This document shows positions 29,737 to 39,900 of a stretch of DNA of 64,000 nt, piece by piece. The DNA lies in assembly GCA_965242725.1 (NCBI GenBank), contig CBDESZ010000016.1, positions 267,353-331,352 of the forward strand, read 5' to 3'. Numbering within the stretch: the first letter of the stretch is position 1; each line of letters starts with the position of its first letter. Made by a program: the position numbers and the translations under genes. The notes beneath the pieces were generated by a model. It was given only the letters and a program-made list of their open reading frames with translations. It did no database searches and was not told where the DNA came from. The DNA comes from Alkalispirochaeta sp. (GTDB taxonomy: Bacteria; Spirochaetota; Spirochaetia; DSM-27196; Alkalispirochaetaceae).

Positions 29737-31380
29737 ATGAAGACGAATATGAATTACAGGAAATTATTCCGACTCCTCGTCACCGGCGCCATCGTGATCG
29801 CCCTGAGCGGCTGTATCATCGCGCCTGAGGAAGAGACGGGATCGATTTCGTTGTCAGTTTCCGGACTGGCCTCAAGTGAAGTAGGGGCGTCCGGTTGGCT
29901 TGACGGCGATGCTGGACAACCTGACCTTGTCGCGGATACGGCACGGGTTTGGCTCTATAACGCAGGGAATGAGTACAATCTGGGCGGCGCAGGCTTTGTA
30001 GAAATCACCTCCGACGGTGGCACGGTTACCATTGAAGATATACCGGAAGGCGAGAATTACTCGATCGTCGTCGTCCTTGGGAAAAAAGATGGCGTTTTTC
30101 AGCCGATCAAATACGCCCAGGCGGGACCTTTCAACATCGCCGGTGGACGTGAGACGGTGATTTCGCCTAAGAGCCAGACGTTGTTGGGACTTTCCCGCGT
30201 CGAGAGCGTGCACTATCCGGACGAGCTTCTCGACGAGTCATTAACCTCGATTGCCCGTGTCGACGACGGAACGCATAGTGCCGTCGTCGCGGCGTCGGGA
30301 AATCAGATCTGGACTTCTTCGGATGGAAGCGTGTTCGCACCAGAGACAATCACGGGAGCGAATCGGATTTTTTCCGTGACGGTGGGAAGCGATATTAATG
30401 ATCTTGAAACGGAGACAGTTTACGTCAACACCGACCAGGGTGTTTTTCCCCTGATATATAATTCAAGTGTAAGCCCCTATTGGGACTACAATACGACTTC
30501 GGACAGTTTTGCAAACGCCATGATCAACGAGGACGCCGATCCTCCTGCAGATATTGGTAATACGACCTATTCCGGTTCCTTCACATTGTATGAGAAAGAC
30601 GATGAACCAGTTGGACCGGATGAAGGAGGTATACTGGTAGGTATGGTTGTATTCTACCAGCGCTGGGGCGGTCTCGGAGCCGGACTTATCGACGCAGGAT
30701 ATCCGTGGACCGACTTGGAAAACGGTATCGAATGGATCGATATCGGTAACTCCGCGGACATGGATATTAAACCGTTCAGCGAGACGGAAAGTCCCGTCCG
30801 TTCCATGGCAACCAGCGGTTTTTCCGCGGGATATTTTTCAACGCTGGTAGGTACCTTCCGAATGACCGATGACCTTTTTAACATCGGGGAAGATGAAGAG
30901 ATTAGCGCAGGCGATCTCCTGGGGAATGAAGTTGAGGGTCTAACCTTTTTCGGCGTTCCCTATCCCGGGACGACGCGGCCGATGCGCATCAACGAAATTG
31001 CCCTTTTTAAGCAGGATGGTGTGACAAACGTTCTCGTTGGAACACCCCGCGGCGCTTACTGGTTTGCCGATTCGGCTCTCGAAAATCTCACGACTACCAA
31101 CAACGTACGGCCCAACGCGGTAAATGCAATCGCATCCGTGAAGGACGAGAACGTCGTAGGATTTGCGCAAACTTCGGGATATATCGCCATCCTTACCGAG
31201 GAGACATTGCTGGTTAAGGAGACGACAAACCTCAGTAATGTTATCGACGTACCCGCACGTGCCCTGGTTTTAGGAGTACCGCAGGAGATTGTTATCGGTA
31301 GAGTAGGAGTAGACGAAATTCCAACGCTTTATGTCGCGGGAACCGACGGATTGGCGATTGTGACGTTGACAAACAGCTGA
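29737..31380 (+). CDS. Acidic beta-rich lipoprotein, function unknown
   Basis: GGAGG SD; basic N-terminus, hydrophobic stretch, lipobox LSGC. Confidence 0.75.
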   Translation: MKTNMNYRKLFRLLVTGAIVIALSGCIIAPEEETGSISLSVSGLASSEVGASGWLDGDAGQPDLVADTARVWLYNAGNEYNLGGAGFVEITSDGGTVTIEDIPEGENYSIVVVLGKKDGVFQPIKYAQAGPFNIAGGRETVISPKSQTLLGLSRVESVHYPDELLDESLTSIARVDDGTHSAVVAASGNQIWTSSDGSVFAPETITGANRIFSVTVGSDINDLETETVYVNTDQGVFPLIYNSSVSPYWDYNTTSDSFANAMINEDADPPADIGNTTYSGSFTLYEKDDEPVGPDEGGILVGMVVFYQRWGGLGAGLIDAGYPWTDLENGIEWIDIGNSADMDIKPFSETESPVRSMATSGFSAGYFSTLVGTFRMTDDLFNIGEDEEISAGDLLGNEVEGLTFFGVPYPGTTRPMRINEIALFKQDGVTNVLVGTPRGAYWFADSALENLTTTNNVRPNAVNAIASVKDENVVGFAQTSGYIAILTEETLLVKETTNLSNVIDVPARALVLGVPQEIVIGRVGVDEIPTLYVAGTDGLAIVTLTNS

Positions 31381-31415
31381 TCGTAACGCCGGATGACCGG
31401 TAGATTGAGAAATGC

Positions 31416-31445
31416 AAGCCGCATCCATTGGATGCGGCTTTTTTA
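31416..31445 (+). terminator. Intrinsic terminator of the FecR operon (possibly bidirectional)
   Basis: AAGCCGCATCCA-T-TGGATGCGGCTT followed by a T run. Confidence 0.85.
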
Positions 31446-32633
31446 TGTTTTCCCGAACGGCCAAAGTTCATCAATAATTTTCGTGTCTTGTACCGACCCG
31501 ATCACCTGCTTTCGATCGGCAGGAAATGTGTTGAACGCGTTCAACTGACTTCCCTCCAGTTCATTGTTGTATTTCACCTCAATAAGTGTCTTGTCCAGTG
31601 TGAGGAAATCCAGTTCATGAACCCCATGTCGGACATAGTAGACGTCCTCATGTTGTCGGAGTCGCAGGTAGACGTAGTTTTCGAAATAACTGCCCCAGTC
31701 CCGTCCTCCATTGAAAAGATATTTTACCCCTAGATCGCAAGCATAGATTTTTTTCGGCGACAGGATACGCTCGTTGGTAGTCCCCCATCTGGACACGGGA
31801 TGTACGAGGTAGGCGTCTTCAAAGTAACTTAAATATCGACGGGATGTGTCGGGTGACAGACCCAGGATATTGGCCATTTTGTTGACGCTCACCTGCTTGC
31901 CGCTGCGTTCCATTAATAACGTGAAATAGTCCCTCGCGATTTGATGGTCCTTAATGCCGCGAAGTGCAGTAATATCTTTTTGGATGATGTCGTCGACAAG
32001 ATTCATGAGGTAGTCTCTGCTCGGATGAAGAACGTTTTCCGGAATTCCCCCGTCCTTTACATAATCACGAAAAAACTGGTCGAGAAGTTGCTTATCCCGA
32101 CGTGGCAGGACAATGTCCCTGAAATCAAGATACTCTTCCAGGGTCAACGGCTGTATTTCGAGTGTTTGAGACCGCCCCGTAAGCTGTGCCCTTTGATCCT
32201 GCAGAAGTGCACTTGAAGATGAAGCGGCGATTATCGTTACCCTTTGCCGGTCAATCAAGTTCTTAAGTTGCTGTTGAAAATCCACTTTGGCCGTGATTTC
32301 ATCAAGGAGCAGTACCACCGGTGTGTCGACCGAATGCTTATGGACCTTACGAAACTCATTGACGACATCGAAGATCGTCGTCTGTCGTAGCAAGTAGTCA
32401 TCCATGCTTACATAAAGAATAGATACTGGAGACCATCCATCTTCGATGAGACGTTGAACGACAAGGCGCATGATTGTTGACTTACCTACCCGCCGCATAC
32501 CCGACAACAGCAGTGCATGACGGTCAGATAGTCGGGATAGAATCCAGTCGACGTATCGGTTCCGCGGTTTGATGTCTTTGAGAAAATCTACACGTTCCCA
32601 CCACGGATTATATTGAAACAGTAAATCGTCCAC
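31443..32633 (-). CDS. AAA_14 ATPase with DUF4143/wHTH and C-terminal PD-(D/E)xK-like motif
   Basis: 'NPWW', Walker A 'GMRRVGKST', Walker B 'LLLDEI', 'LTGRS', 'GGIPE', 'PKKIYACDLG', 'ELDF...IEVK'. Confidence 0.88.
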   Translation of the reverse strand: MDDLLFQYNPWWERVDFLKDIKPRNRYVDWILSRLSDRHALLLSGMRRVGKSTIMRLVVQRLIEDGWSPVSILYVSMDDYLLRQTTIFDVVNEFRKVHKHSVDTPVVLLLDEITAKVDFQQQLKNLIDRQRVTIIAASSSSALLQDQRAQLTGRSQTLEIQPLTLEEYLDFRDIVLPRRDKQLLDQFFRDYVKDGGIPENVLHPSRDYLMNLVDDIIQKDITALRGIKDHQIARDYFTLLMERSGKQVSVNKMANILGLSPDTSRRYLSYFEDAYLVHPVSRWGTTNERILSPKKIYACDLGVKYLFNGGRDWGSYFENYVYLRLRQHEDVYYVRHGVHELDFLTLDKTLIEVKYNNELEGSQLNAFNTFPADRKQVIGSVQDTKIIDELWPFGKT

Positions 32634-32638
32634 GAAGT

Positions 32639-32693
32639 AATTATACGATTAAATCGTATAATTGAACAGCAAAATATACGATGTTATCGTATA
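32639..32693. promoter_or_regulatory. Two palindromic operators TATACGAT-N3-ATCGTATA over the AAA gene promoter
   Basis: Sites at 32642-32660 and 32675-32693; the first overlaps a minus-strand TATAAT (32640-32645). Confidence 0.8.
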
Positions 32694-32719
32694 ATATTTA
32701 CCGTTCTCCAAAACAAAGG

Positions 32720-32750
32720 AAAATAAAAGCGGGCTCATTCATGAGCCCGC
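32720..32750 (-). terminator. Intrinsic terminator
   Basis: GCGGGCTCAT-GA-ATGAGCCCGC followed by TTTTATTTT on the minus strand. Confidence 0.85.
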
Positions 32751-32778
32751 CTGAATCGATACGACTTGTCGTCTTATG

Positions 32779-33819
32779 TCAGAAATGAAGCCTTATGCCG
32801 ACGATCGCGCCGGGTGCCTGCGTCGTCACAGCATAATTGAGGTGGGCGAATAGGTTGAATATCAATAGCTTCATATCGAAACCGGTGTTCAGGACAACAT
32901 TGAAGCTGTCATATTCTTGCTCCGAGTAGGGTTGTACGGCCGGTTCCACGTCCGTTCTTGTCGGTATTCCTCCGCCTGAACGGGTCTCCAGCACACCTGA
33001 GAACTCATCCACTCCTGCCTCATAGGTCGATCTCTGGTAGTAGGTACTCATACCGACAAATGGATAAAATACATAGAGAAATCTTGTTGAAGCCCGGACG
33101 TCAAACCCGAAAGAGTGCGTCATAGCTTTAAACGTCGGTGTTCCAGCAAGTTCAAGGGCCGTGTAATCGTTGGCTCCCTCTTCGCCGTCGAGATAGAGAG
33201 GATCGATCTCGGCGAGGTCATAGCCAAAGTCAATGTTGCTGTAAACATATCCGACACCTGCGGATATCGCCGGCACCCCTCGATCCCGTCTAACAAGTAC
33301 CTTTCGCAGTCGGGTGCCCACGGTAGTGATCGTTCCCGTAAGGGCTTCTTCTCCCGCAAGATCCGTAACGGCTTGAGGAATAATTCCAGCTTGGACCGAT
33401 AGTTCATAGCCACCCGCGAGACCGACGCCGAATCCTGCGCGGACACTGGGATACGGTGCGTAGTTGTCAGTGATGTCACGGACTTCTTCGTCATTGGCGC
33501 CAGCTTCATCGAGAAGGTTATTGAAGAGGTCGTAGTTTTCAAATTTTTCCTCATCTTTTGTAAATTCCAGAACACCTGGCGCCACAGTACCACCGGCAGA
33601 AAATGAAAAATACATATGGGGAAAGTTACCCAGTTCGGCGCTTCCGAGACCGTGGTTGAGGACCGATGCGGTCTGCAGATTCGGAACAACATCTTTGCCG
33701 AGTTCATTGAAGACGGTTTCCAAATCGATTGAAAGCTGCGTTATTGCATCCTGTGCCGGTACGCTTGCCAATACGATCACAAAAACAATTGCTGCCAAAA
33801 GAAGGGGTTTTCTGGGCAT
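32779..33819 (-). CDS. Predicted outer-membrane protein (DUF6588-like)
   Basis: GGAGG SD, signal peptide, beta-strand pattern, terminal 'IVGIRLHF'. Confidence 0.6.
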   Translation of the reverse strand: MPRKPLLLAAIVFVIVLASVPAQDAITQLSIDLETVFNELGKDVVPNLQTASVLNHGLGSAELGNFPHMYFSFSAGGTVAPGVLEFTKDEEKFENYDLFNNLLDEAGANDEEVRDITDNYAPYPSVRAGFGVGLAGGYELSVQAGIIPQAVTDLAGEEALTGTITTVGTRLRKVLVRRDRGVPAISAGVGYVYSNIDFGYDLAEIDPLYLDGEEGANDYTALELAGTPTFKAMTHSFGFDVRASTRFLYVFYPFVGMSTYYQRSTYEAGVDEFSGVLETRSGGGIPTRTDVEPAVQPYSEQEYDSFNVVLNTGFDMKLLIFNLFAHLNYAVTTQAPGAIVGIRLHF

Positions 33820-33921
33820 ACTTTTTCCTCCCCGTATAAACGGTCTTTCATACATGATAATCGATCGGGAAAAATATTTCCAACCGAATTAGTCAGACGT
33901 CTGCAGATTGCGCCAAATTCA

Positions 33922-34150
33922 CCGCGTGAAACAATTGTCCCTTCGCTTGTCCTCGCCTATGGCTGTGGAGACGCTTCGGGACAATCCTTCCACGCGGACA
34001 TGTGACATATCCCGTCGTCCACATGAGCTGAAGAAAATCCATCCCATCCAGGAGACGGCGTGAAGACCTGACGGGTCGGGGGAATCGTCTGCGCAGCGTC
34101 TCCGCAGCCGCAGGCGATGACAAGCGGAGCAGACGATTCCCCGAGCCAGG
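33922..34150. repeat. Pair of inverted structured elements with a shared 32-nt core
   Basis: 33944-33975 and the reverse complement of 34095-34126 match at 28/32; each core is enclosed by its own long inverted repeat. Confidence 0.85.
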
Positions 34151-34166
34151 ACATGTATTTACCGCA

Positions 34167-36456
34167 TCACACGTCGCAGTTGCCCGCCATGCACGCCAGC
34201 TCCTGGGCGGCGTTGGTGAGGTCCGTCTCCTCATAGCGGTAGATCTTGGAGAAGTCGATCTCCGGGAAGGAGGCGGCGCGGCGCTCGTACTCGTCGGCGG
34301 AGATCTCCTCATAGGGGAGCTGCTCGTAGTTGGCGTCGGTGTGGGGAAGAAAGGCCATGCCGCCTATCTTGTCCTGATGGTCGTGAATCCAGCGCATGAG
34401 GTCCATCACCTCGTGGGGCTGATAGGTGATGGTGACGCTGGGGTTGTGCTCCGTGTAGTGCTCACGGTTCTGGAGCCAGTAATCGCATTGCTGAATGGCG
34501 CCGCGATCACCCCGGACTACCGCGGCGTCGGGAGACTTGACGGGAAAGTGAACCACCCAGGTGGTGGCGTTGTCCCGGGTCTGGCCGTTTTCCGGGTCCA
34601 TGGGGACGCCGGCGTCGCGAAGGACCTTGTACACGGGGGAGTGGGCGCTCACGCGAATGTTGCGGACGTAGTAATGGGACCAGCGGGCGTGGATGCCGGA
34701 GGAGCTGTTGAGAAGCTGGCTTGAGTTGCCCGAGGGTTTCACGGCGGTGGTCGCCGCGGACTGGGGTATCCCGAGCATTTCGGCATACTTCCGGTTTGTT
34801 TCCACCACATGCTTTTGCAGGATTTCCTGGTTGGCGGGATCCTGACTGGCGGGACTGTCCATCTGTCCGTTCAGGTCCACGCCGAGGAGGCGCTCCTCCT
34901 CGCTGTTCCTGCGCCAGATGTCCCTCAGGCCCGGGAAAATTGGTGGCCATGCCTCTGAATGGTGCCGATGATCGCCGCGAGTTCGACCTTTTCCGTAAGC
35001 GTCTCCAGGGTGTCGTCCCGCGCGGGCGACGGGCGCTGGTGAGGTTGCAGAACTGGTAGGGCCGCCAGGATGATCTCGCCGCAGGGGTTGGTACCAAACT
35101 CGGCGGCGGCCCGGCGCTCGGGGGCGGTTCTTGAGGGCGGGCGCCGCGGCGTTGAAGATGCCGGGCTCACCGCTGCCGGATTCGACCATGTCCAGGACAA
35201 AACGGGCGATCTCCTGCTGGGAGAGTTTCCCGGTCGGGCCACACTGCGGAGTTGTTTGCGTTCCAGCGCTGGCTGTTGTGAATCCAGAAGTCCCCGTCCT
35301 TGGCGTGGCGCATTTCCAGATCATCGTAGTCAAAGAGGGAGATCATCGCGGTACGACGGACGCCGCCGGAAACCGCCGCGCCGCCTACGGCGCACATGAT
35401 GTCGTGGGCGTCCAGGGTGGTCATGAAACCGCCCTGACGGGCCAGGATGCGGTCCCGGGTAAAGCGCAGCATCGAGCGGAGCGGTTCCGGGCCGGAGGCG
35501 CGGCCACCCTTGATCTTGAGGGGAGCGCCGGCGGGGCGTATCCGGCTCATGTCAAACTCGATGTCCTCTCCCGCAAACCACGTCTCCAGACCGATGCGCA
35601 GCGCCTGCGCCCAGCCGTCGGAGGTGTCGGGGACGATGAAGGTGGGGCGCTTCAGGCCGGACTGCCGTTTTATCCGGGGAAGCTGTTCCACGTAGCGGCG
35701 CTCCACACTGTAGCCGACGCCGCAGCCGTTCATGGAGATGATCAGGGCTTCTACAAAGCTGTCGAGGCTGTCGGCGGGGAGGTAGGAGCAGTTGTAAATG
35801 GCGATATTGCTCCGCCGAGCGGGGTCACCCGCCATGGCGAGGAGACGCATGGAGGGCATGACCTTCATCTCCAGAATACCCTTCCTGACGCGCTGATAGT
35901 CCTCTTCAGGAAGACGGTTCTCGGAGAGCTCCCGGAGGTAATCCACGGCGCGGTCCACCGTCTCCAGCCACGTCTCCCGGCGACCGAGGTTGTAGTCAAA
36001 GCGGGAATACTTGTCATAAAACTGAAACTGCTGAATCGGCGTGGGAAAGTACCGGTCCGCCTCGTCGAAGGCCGACTTGACCTCCGCCGGCACGGCACGG
36101 ACGCGGCGCAGTCGGGCGTGCTCCGCGCGATAGAGAATATACGCCTTCGCCGCGGCGTACTCCCCGTTGGCCTGAAGCACCATTTCAACGGTGTCCTGAA
36201 TCTGCTCAACCGTCGGCTCGGGATACTGAGCCGCGATGACGTTGACCACCTGTCGGGTGATCTCCTCAATAGGTGTGCCCGGGAGCCGTTCCAGCGCGTC
36301 ATAACAGCGATCGAGGGCGCGCTTAATGCGCTTGCTCTCAAAGGGCAGGACCCGTCCGTCCCGCTTGGTCACGTGCTCAGGCATGGTAAGCGTCGTGTCG
36401 TCGGTTGTTTTCTTTCGTATGGTTGCTGGTTTCAGTATCGCGGCGCTCTCAGCCAT
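34167..36456 (-). CDS. nrdJ: Class II (B12-dependent) ribonucleotide reductase with N-terminal ATP cone; several frameshifts at about 34940-35240
   Basis: 'VTKRDGR' ATP cone, 'MPSMR', 'YNCSY', 'FGTNPCGEI' (third frame), 'AVKPSGNSS', 'EHNPSVT', C-terminal 'CMAGNC'. Confidence 0.9.
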
Positions 36457-36513
36457 AGTTCCCCTCCCAGGTCACTTTTCAATAGTGTTCTTTTTTAATA
36501 TCGGAATCATCCT

Positions 36514-36529
36514 ACGCCATATGTAGTGG
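36514..36529. promoter_or_regulatory. NrdR box
   Basis: ACGCCATATGTAGTG matches 12/15 of acaCwAtATaTwGtg, about 60 bp upstream of nrdJ; a weak second copy may lie near 36544. Confidence 0.7.
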
Positions 36530-36585
36530 ACCTGCAATAAAGATTCCCATATTTTTTCAAAAAAATTCATGACGAACGCGAAGCG

Positions 36586-36960
36586 TCACTCATGCCCGTA
36601 CGCATCTCGCCGGATCGCTTCCAGACTGTGCAGGACGCTCCCGATCCATCCGCACGGATCGTTCCCGGATGGGTCAAAGGTGATGACACGAATGCCCAAC
36701 TGCCGCGCCGCTTCCCCGTCTACGAGCACCTCCACCCGCCCGGCGGGGACGACGATCGCCCGGGGCCTCGTCATGTAATCGAGAACGGCGCGCCGGAAGG
36801 GCACCTCCCAGGAGATGAGAACGTCCGCCGTCCGGGCGCGGTCGAGAAGTTCCGGGAGCGTCGTGGATCGGTGTCGTTCCACCGTACCGAGGCGATTGAC
36901 CGTTTCCCATACGGCGCAATCGTCGACGTCGGCGGGTGCGTCGAGCAGGACGATTCTCAT
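36586..36960 (-). CDS. Stand-alone D-2-hydroxyacid dehydrogenase substrate-binding-like domain
   Basis: AGGA SD; 'MRIVLLDA...LGTVERHRST...ADVLI...VDGEAARQLGIRV' resembles a glycerate dehydrogenase N-domain; no NAD-binding domain. Confidence 0.6.
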   Translation of the reverse strand: MRIVLLDAPADVDDCAVWETVNRLGTVERHRSTTLPELLDRARTADVLISWEVPFRRAVLDYMTRPRAIVVPAGRVEVLVDGEAARQLGIRVITFDPSGNDPCGWIGSVLHSLEAIRRDAYGHE

Positions 36961-36969
36961 GCATACATC

Positions 36970-39900
36970 CTAATACCTGCGATAGAGGGTGAGAAAGGGG
37001 CCGTCATGGACAAAACCCGCTTCAAGAAAGGCTGCGGTATAGGGCGACTCCCGTACGGGCTCGCCGTTGATCTCCTCGGTGCGGATGCGGCGGAACGGCC
37101 GCTCCTGCCGGGAGAGGAGGGCGGAAAAGAGGGAGAGGTACCGGCGCATCGCCGGATGGGCGGGCTCCCTGCCGATGGAGACCACGCGGCCGTTCCGCCG
37201 CGAGGTGAGAACGAGGCGGGAGCCGTGAAAGACCATATGCGTTGTCGGTACCCGCCGCGGAAACTCCACATCGGGGGAAGGGATGTCCATACCGCACAGC
37301 GAGGCGGGGTCGGCAGCGTTTATCCAGTAGACGGCGTCTTCATCCCTCCCGGCGGCAAGCTCCCGTACCGTGCCGTGGTCCGCAAACTGCAGCCCCGTGA
37401 TACCCGAGACAAAACGACCGGTCACCACCTCTCCGGAGAGCTCCATGAGCCTGAGGGTGCGGAACACGTTGCGCCACTGCAGGGCGGTGAGTTCATTCTT
37501 CAGGACCTCCCGAAAGACGATACCGTAGCGGGAGAGGAGAAGGCGCGCCCGTTCCCGGTTGAGTTCCATCTCCTCCAGGGCGTCCTCGGGCTCTTGGCGA
37601 CGGGGAAGGGCGTACCAGTTGCCGCTCAGGGGACGTCGTGATTTCCACCGGCTGAAGCCGGTGCGGCCCCCGCCGCCTGCGGCGGGCCGGCGTGCGGCGG
37701 GGCCGCCTGCCGAATCGGACCGCTCGGCCGTGAAGTTTGCCATGATGCCCCGGCGGAGGGCGGGTAGGCCGTCGTTTGTGGCGTCGCCGGACCAGACGAG
37801 ACTCCAGAGCGCCCTGGTTGCCTCGTCGCTTCTGAGGCCCGTGGCGGCGGAGAGATCAAAGAAGGTCTGTCTGCCGCCGGAGCCGAGGGCCTCCCGTACC
37901 GCGCGGGCCGATTCATCGTCGTCATCGGTTTTGTCGTTCCCATCGGACCGATCGGGGGGGACGAGGTCCAGCTCCGTGTCGAAGGCAAAGGCGATCCGGC
38001 CTGTTCCGCAGCCGTACCAGAGGAGGTCGCTCTCCGCCATGGCGCGGTCAAGCCAGCTTGCGTAGTAGGGCGACAGCCGGGCGGGGAGAATGTCGCTCTC
38101 CCACAGGCCGGCGCGGGCGGGGTAGCCGAAGAGGCGTTCCAGCCGCGTCTCAAGTTCCTCCATCGAGGATCCAGGCGGGGTGACGCCCTGATGGGCGGCG
38201 AGAAAGTGCTGAAGGGCTCCGGCGGAAAGGGGTTTAACCTCTGCCCGGGAGGCGGCGCGGCGCATACGCAGGAGCCGTTCCAGATTGTCCCGGGTGCAGA
38301 CCTCAACTTCGGCGGCGCCGGCGGTGAGGCGGTCCACGATGAGCCGCCCCTCCGCCGCGGCCTCTTCGACAGCGCGGTCGATGACCGCCGCCGGCGCGGG
38401 AAAGCGTCGATGGAGGTCGGCGTGCGGGATGGGTCCGTAGGAGTCCAGCCACTGGAGAAAGAGGTGTGCCAGGTGATCGTGAGGGTCTTCGGGGGCTGGT
38501 TTCTGCGCCACGTTGTCACCGGCGAAAAAGACGAGGCGTTCCCTGATAGCGAGGCCCGCCGCGCCGCCGGCTCGCTCGACCGTTGCCGTCCGTGCCGCGA
38601 CGGAGGCGATGACCTCATCCGCCCCCTCCCCGGCGTCGCGGCGGATGGCCGACTGCAGCTCCTCCCACTCCCCCTGGGGAATGAATATGCGCTGGTCGAC
38701 AAGATCGAGAAGGTCCTCGGGGGAGTCCGGGGCATATCCCTCGGCGGTGCGGTGGAGCTTGCGCTGCAGTTCCGCCGCCAGGGCGACGGGGATCTCCGGC
38801 CGCAAATGGGGCGAGCGCAGGATCTCTTCCAGGAGCCGGTCGCTCAGGGAGGTGCGCAGGCCGCCGGGGGCGGAGTCGTCCTCGTACATCTTTTGGTTTG
38901 TCTGCCGCCAGACGATGGCGTCGGCGAAGGGCGATGGGCTGGTTGTCTCCGCGGTGGAGAGGACGATTTCCCCGGTGACGATTTCGTTCAATATCAAAGA
39001 AAAGGATGGGATGTCGAACTCCCCGTCCATGCACTCCCGCCACGCTTCGAGGGTGATGGGGAAGTCGTCGCGGTCGGCGGTGGCGAGGAGGAGTTTTCTC
39101 GCGCGGAGGCGGTTGAGCCACAGGGGCATGCGGTCGCGAAAGTTTTTGCGCGGCAGGAGGAGGGCGCGCTGGGCGCACTCGCGAAACCGGGCGCCGAAGA
39201 GGGCGCTCGCTTCGATGGAGTCCCTGAGGAGCGCCGGCAGGTCGCGGCCGGAGAGGAGGGTGAAGAGCTCCCGCGCCTCGTGGTCGTGGGGGAGGTTGAG
39301 GAGGACCGCGTCGTTGTTGGCGTAGACTTCCAGGGAGTATCCGTATTCCTGCTGCCACGCTCCCTGGAGCGCCATGGCAAAGGTTTTATTGACGGCGCCG
39401 CCCCAGAGGGTGTGGAGGATGACCTGCATGGCGTCTGTTGTGTTCCGGGGGTCAAAGCAGCGCTCCGCCACGATGTGATGGCGGTGGGGAAGGGGTGTGC
39501 CCGTGTGCCGGCGCTGGGATTGGAGGTATTCCTCCAGCGCCTGGAGCGCGTCCGGGGTGAGCGGTGTCTGTCCGGTGGCGGCGGTAGTGGCGGCGGTAGT
39601 AGCAGTGGTGTCGAGGGTGTCGGTGACGACGGCGGACCGGAGGGGGCGGTCCGTGGCGATGAAGTGTCCCGAAGTGAGGGGCCGTCCCGCGGCGAGTTCG
39701 CGTTCCGCCGCTTCCAGCACCTCACCGATCGCCTGGGAGATGGGAAAGGGACGGTTCTGCTCTTCCGCCTTCCAGAAGGGGATGATTCCCTCCCGGTTTT
39801 CCATCGGTACGACGAGGACGTCGTTGTGGGTGATGGCGGCGATGCGCCACGCCGTGGAGCCGAAGGGGAAGGTGTCCCCCACCGAGCGCTCCCAGACAAA

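Noticed and set aside
34940..35240. Multiple frameshifts in nrdJ as pseudogenisation, programmed frameshifting or an intron/intein
   Set aside because: All conserved motifs are present across frames with no inserted sequence; tightly clustered indels are typical of low-coverage or long-read error
36457..36585. Cobalamin riboswitch upstream of nrdJ
   Set aside because: Region is short and AT-rich with no B12-box; explained by a promoter and NrdR box
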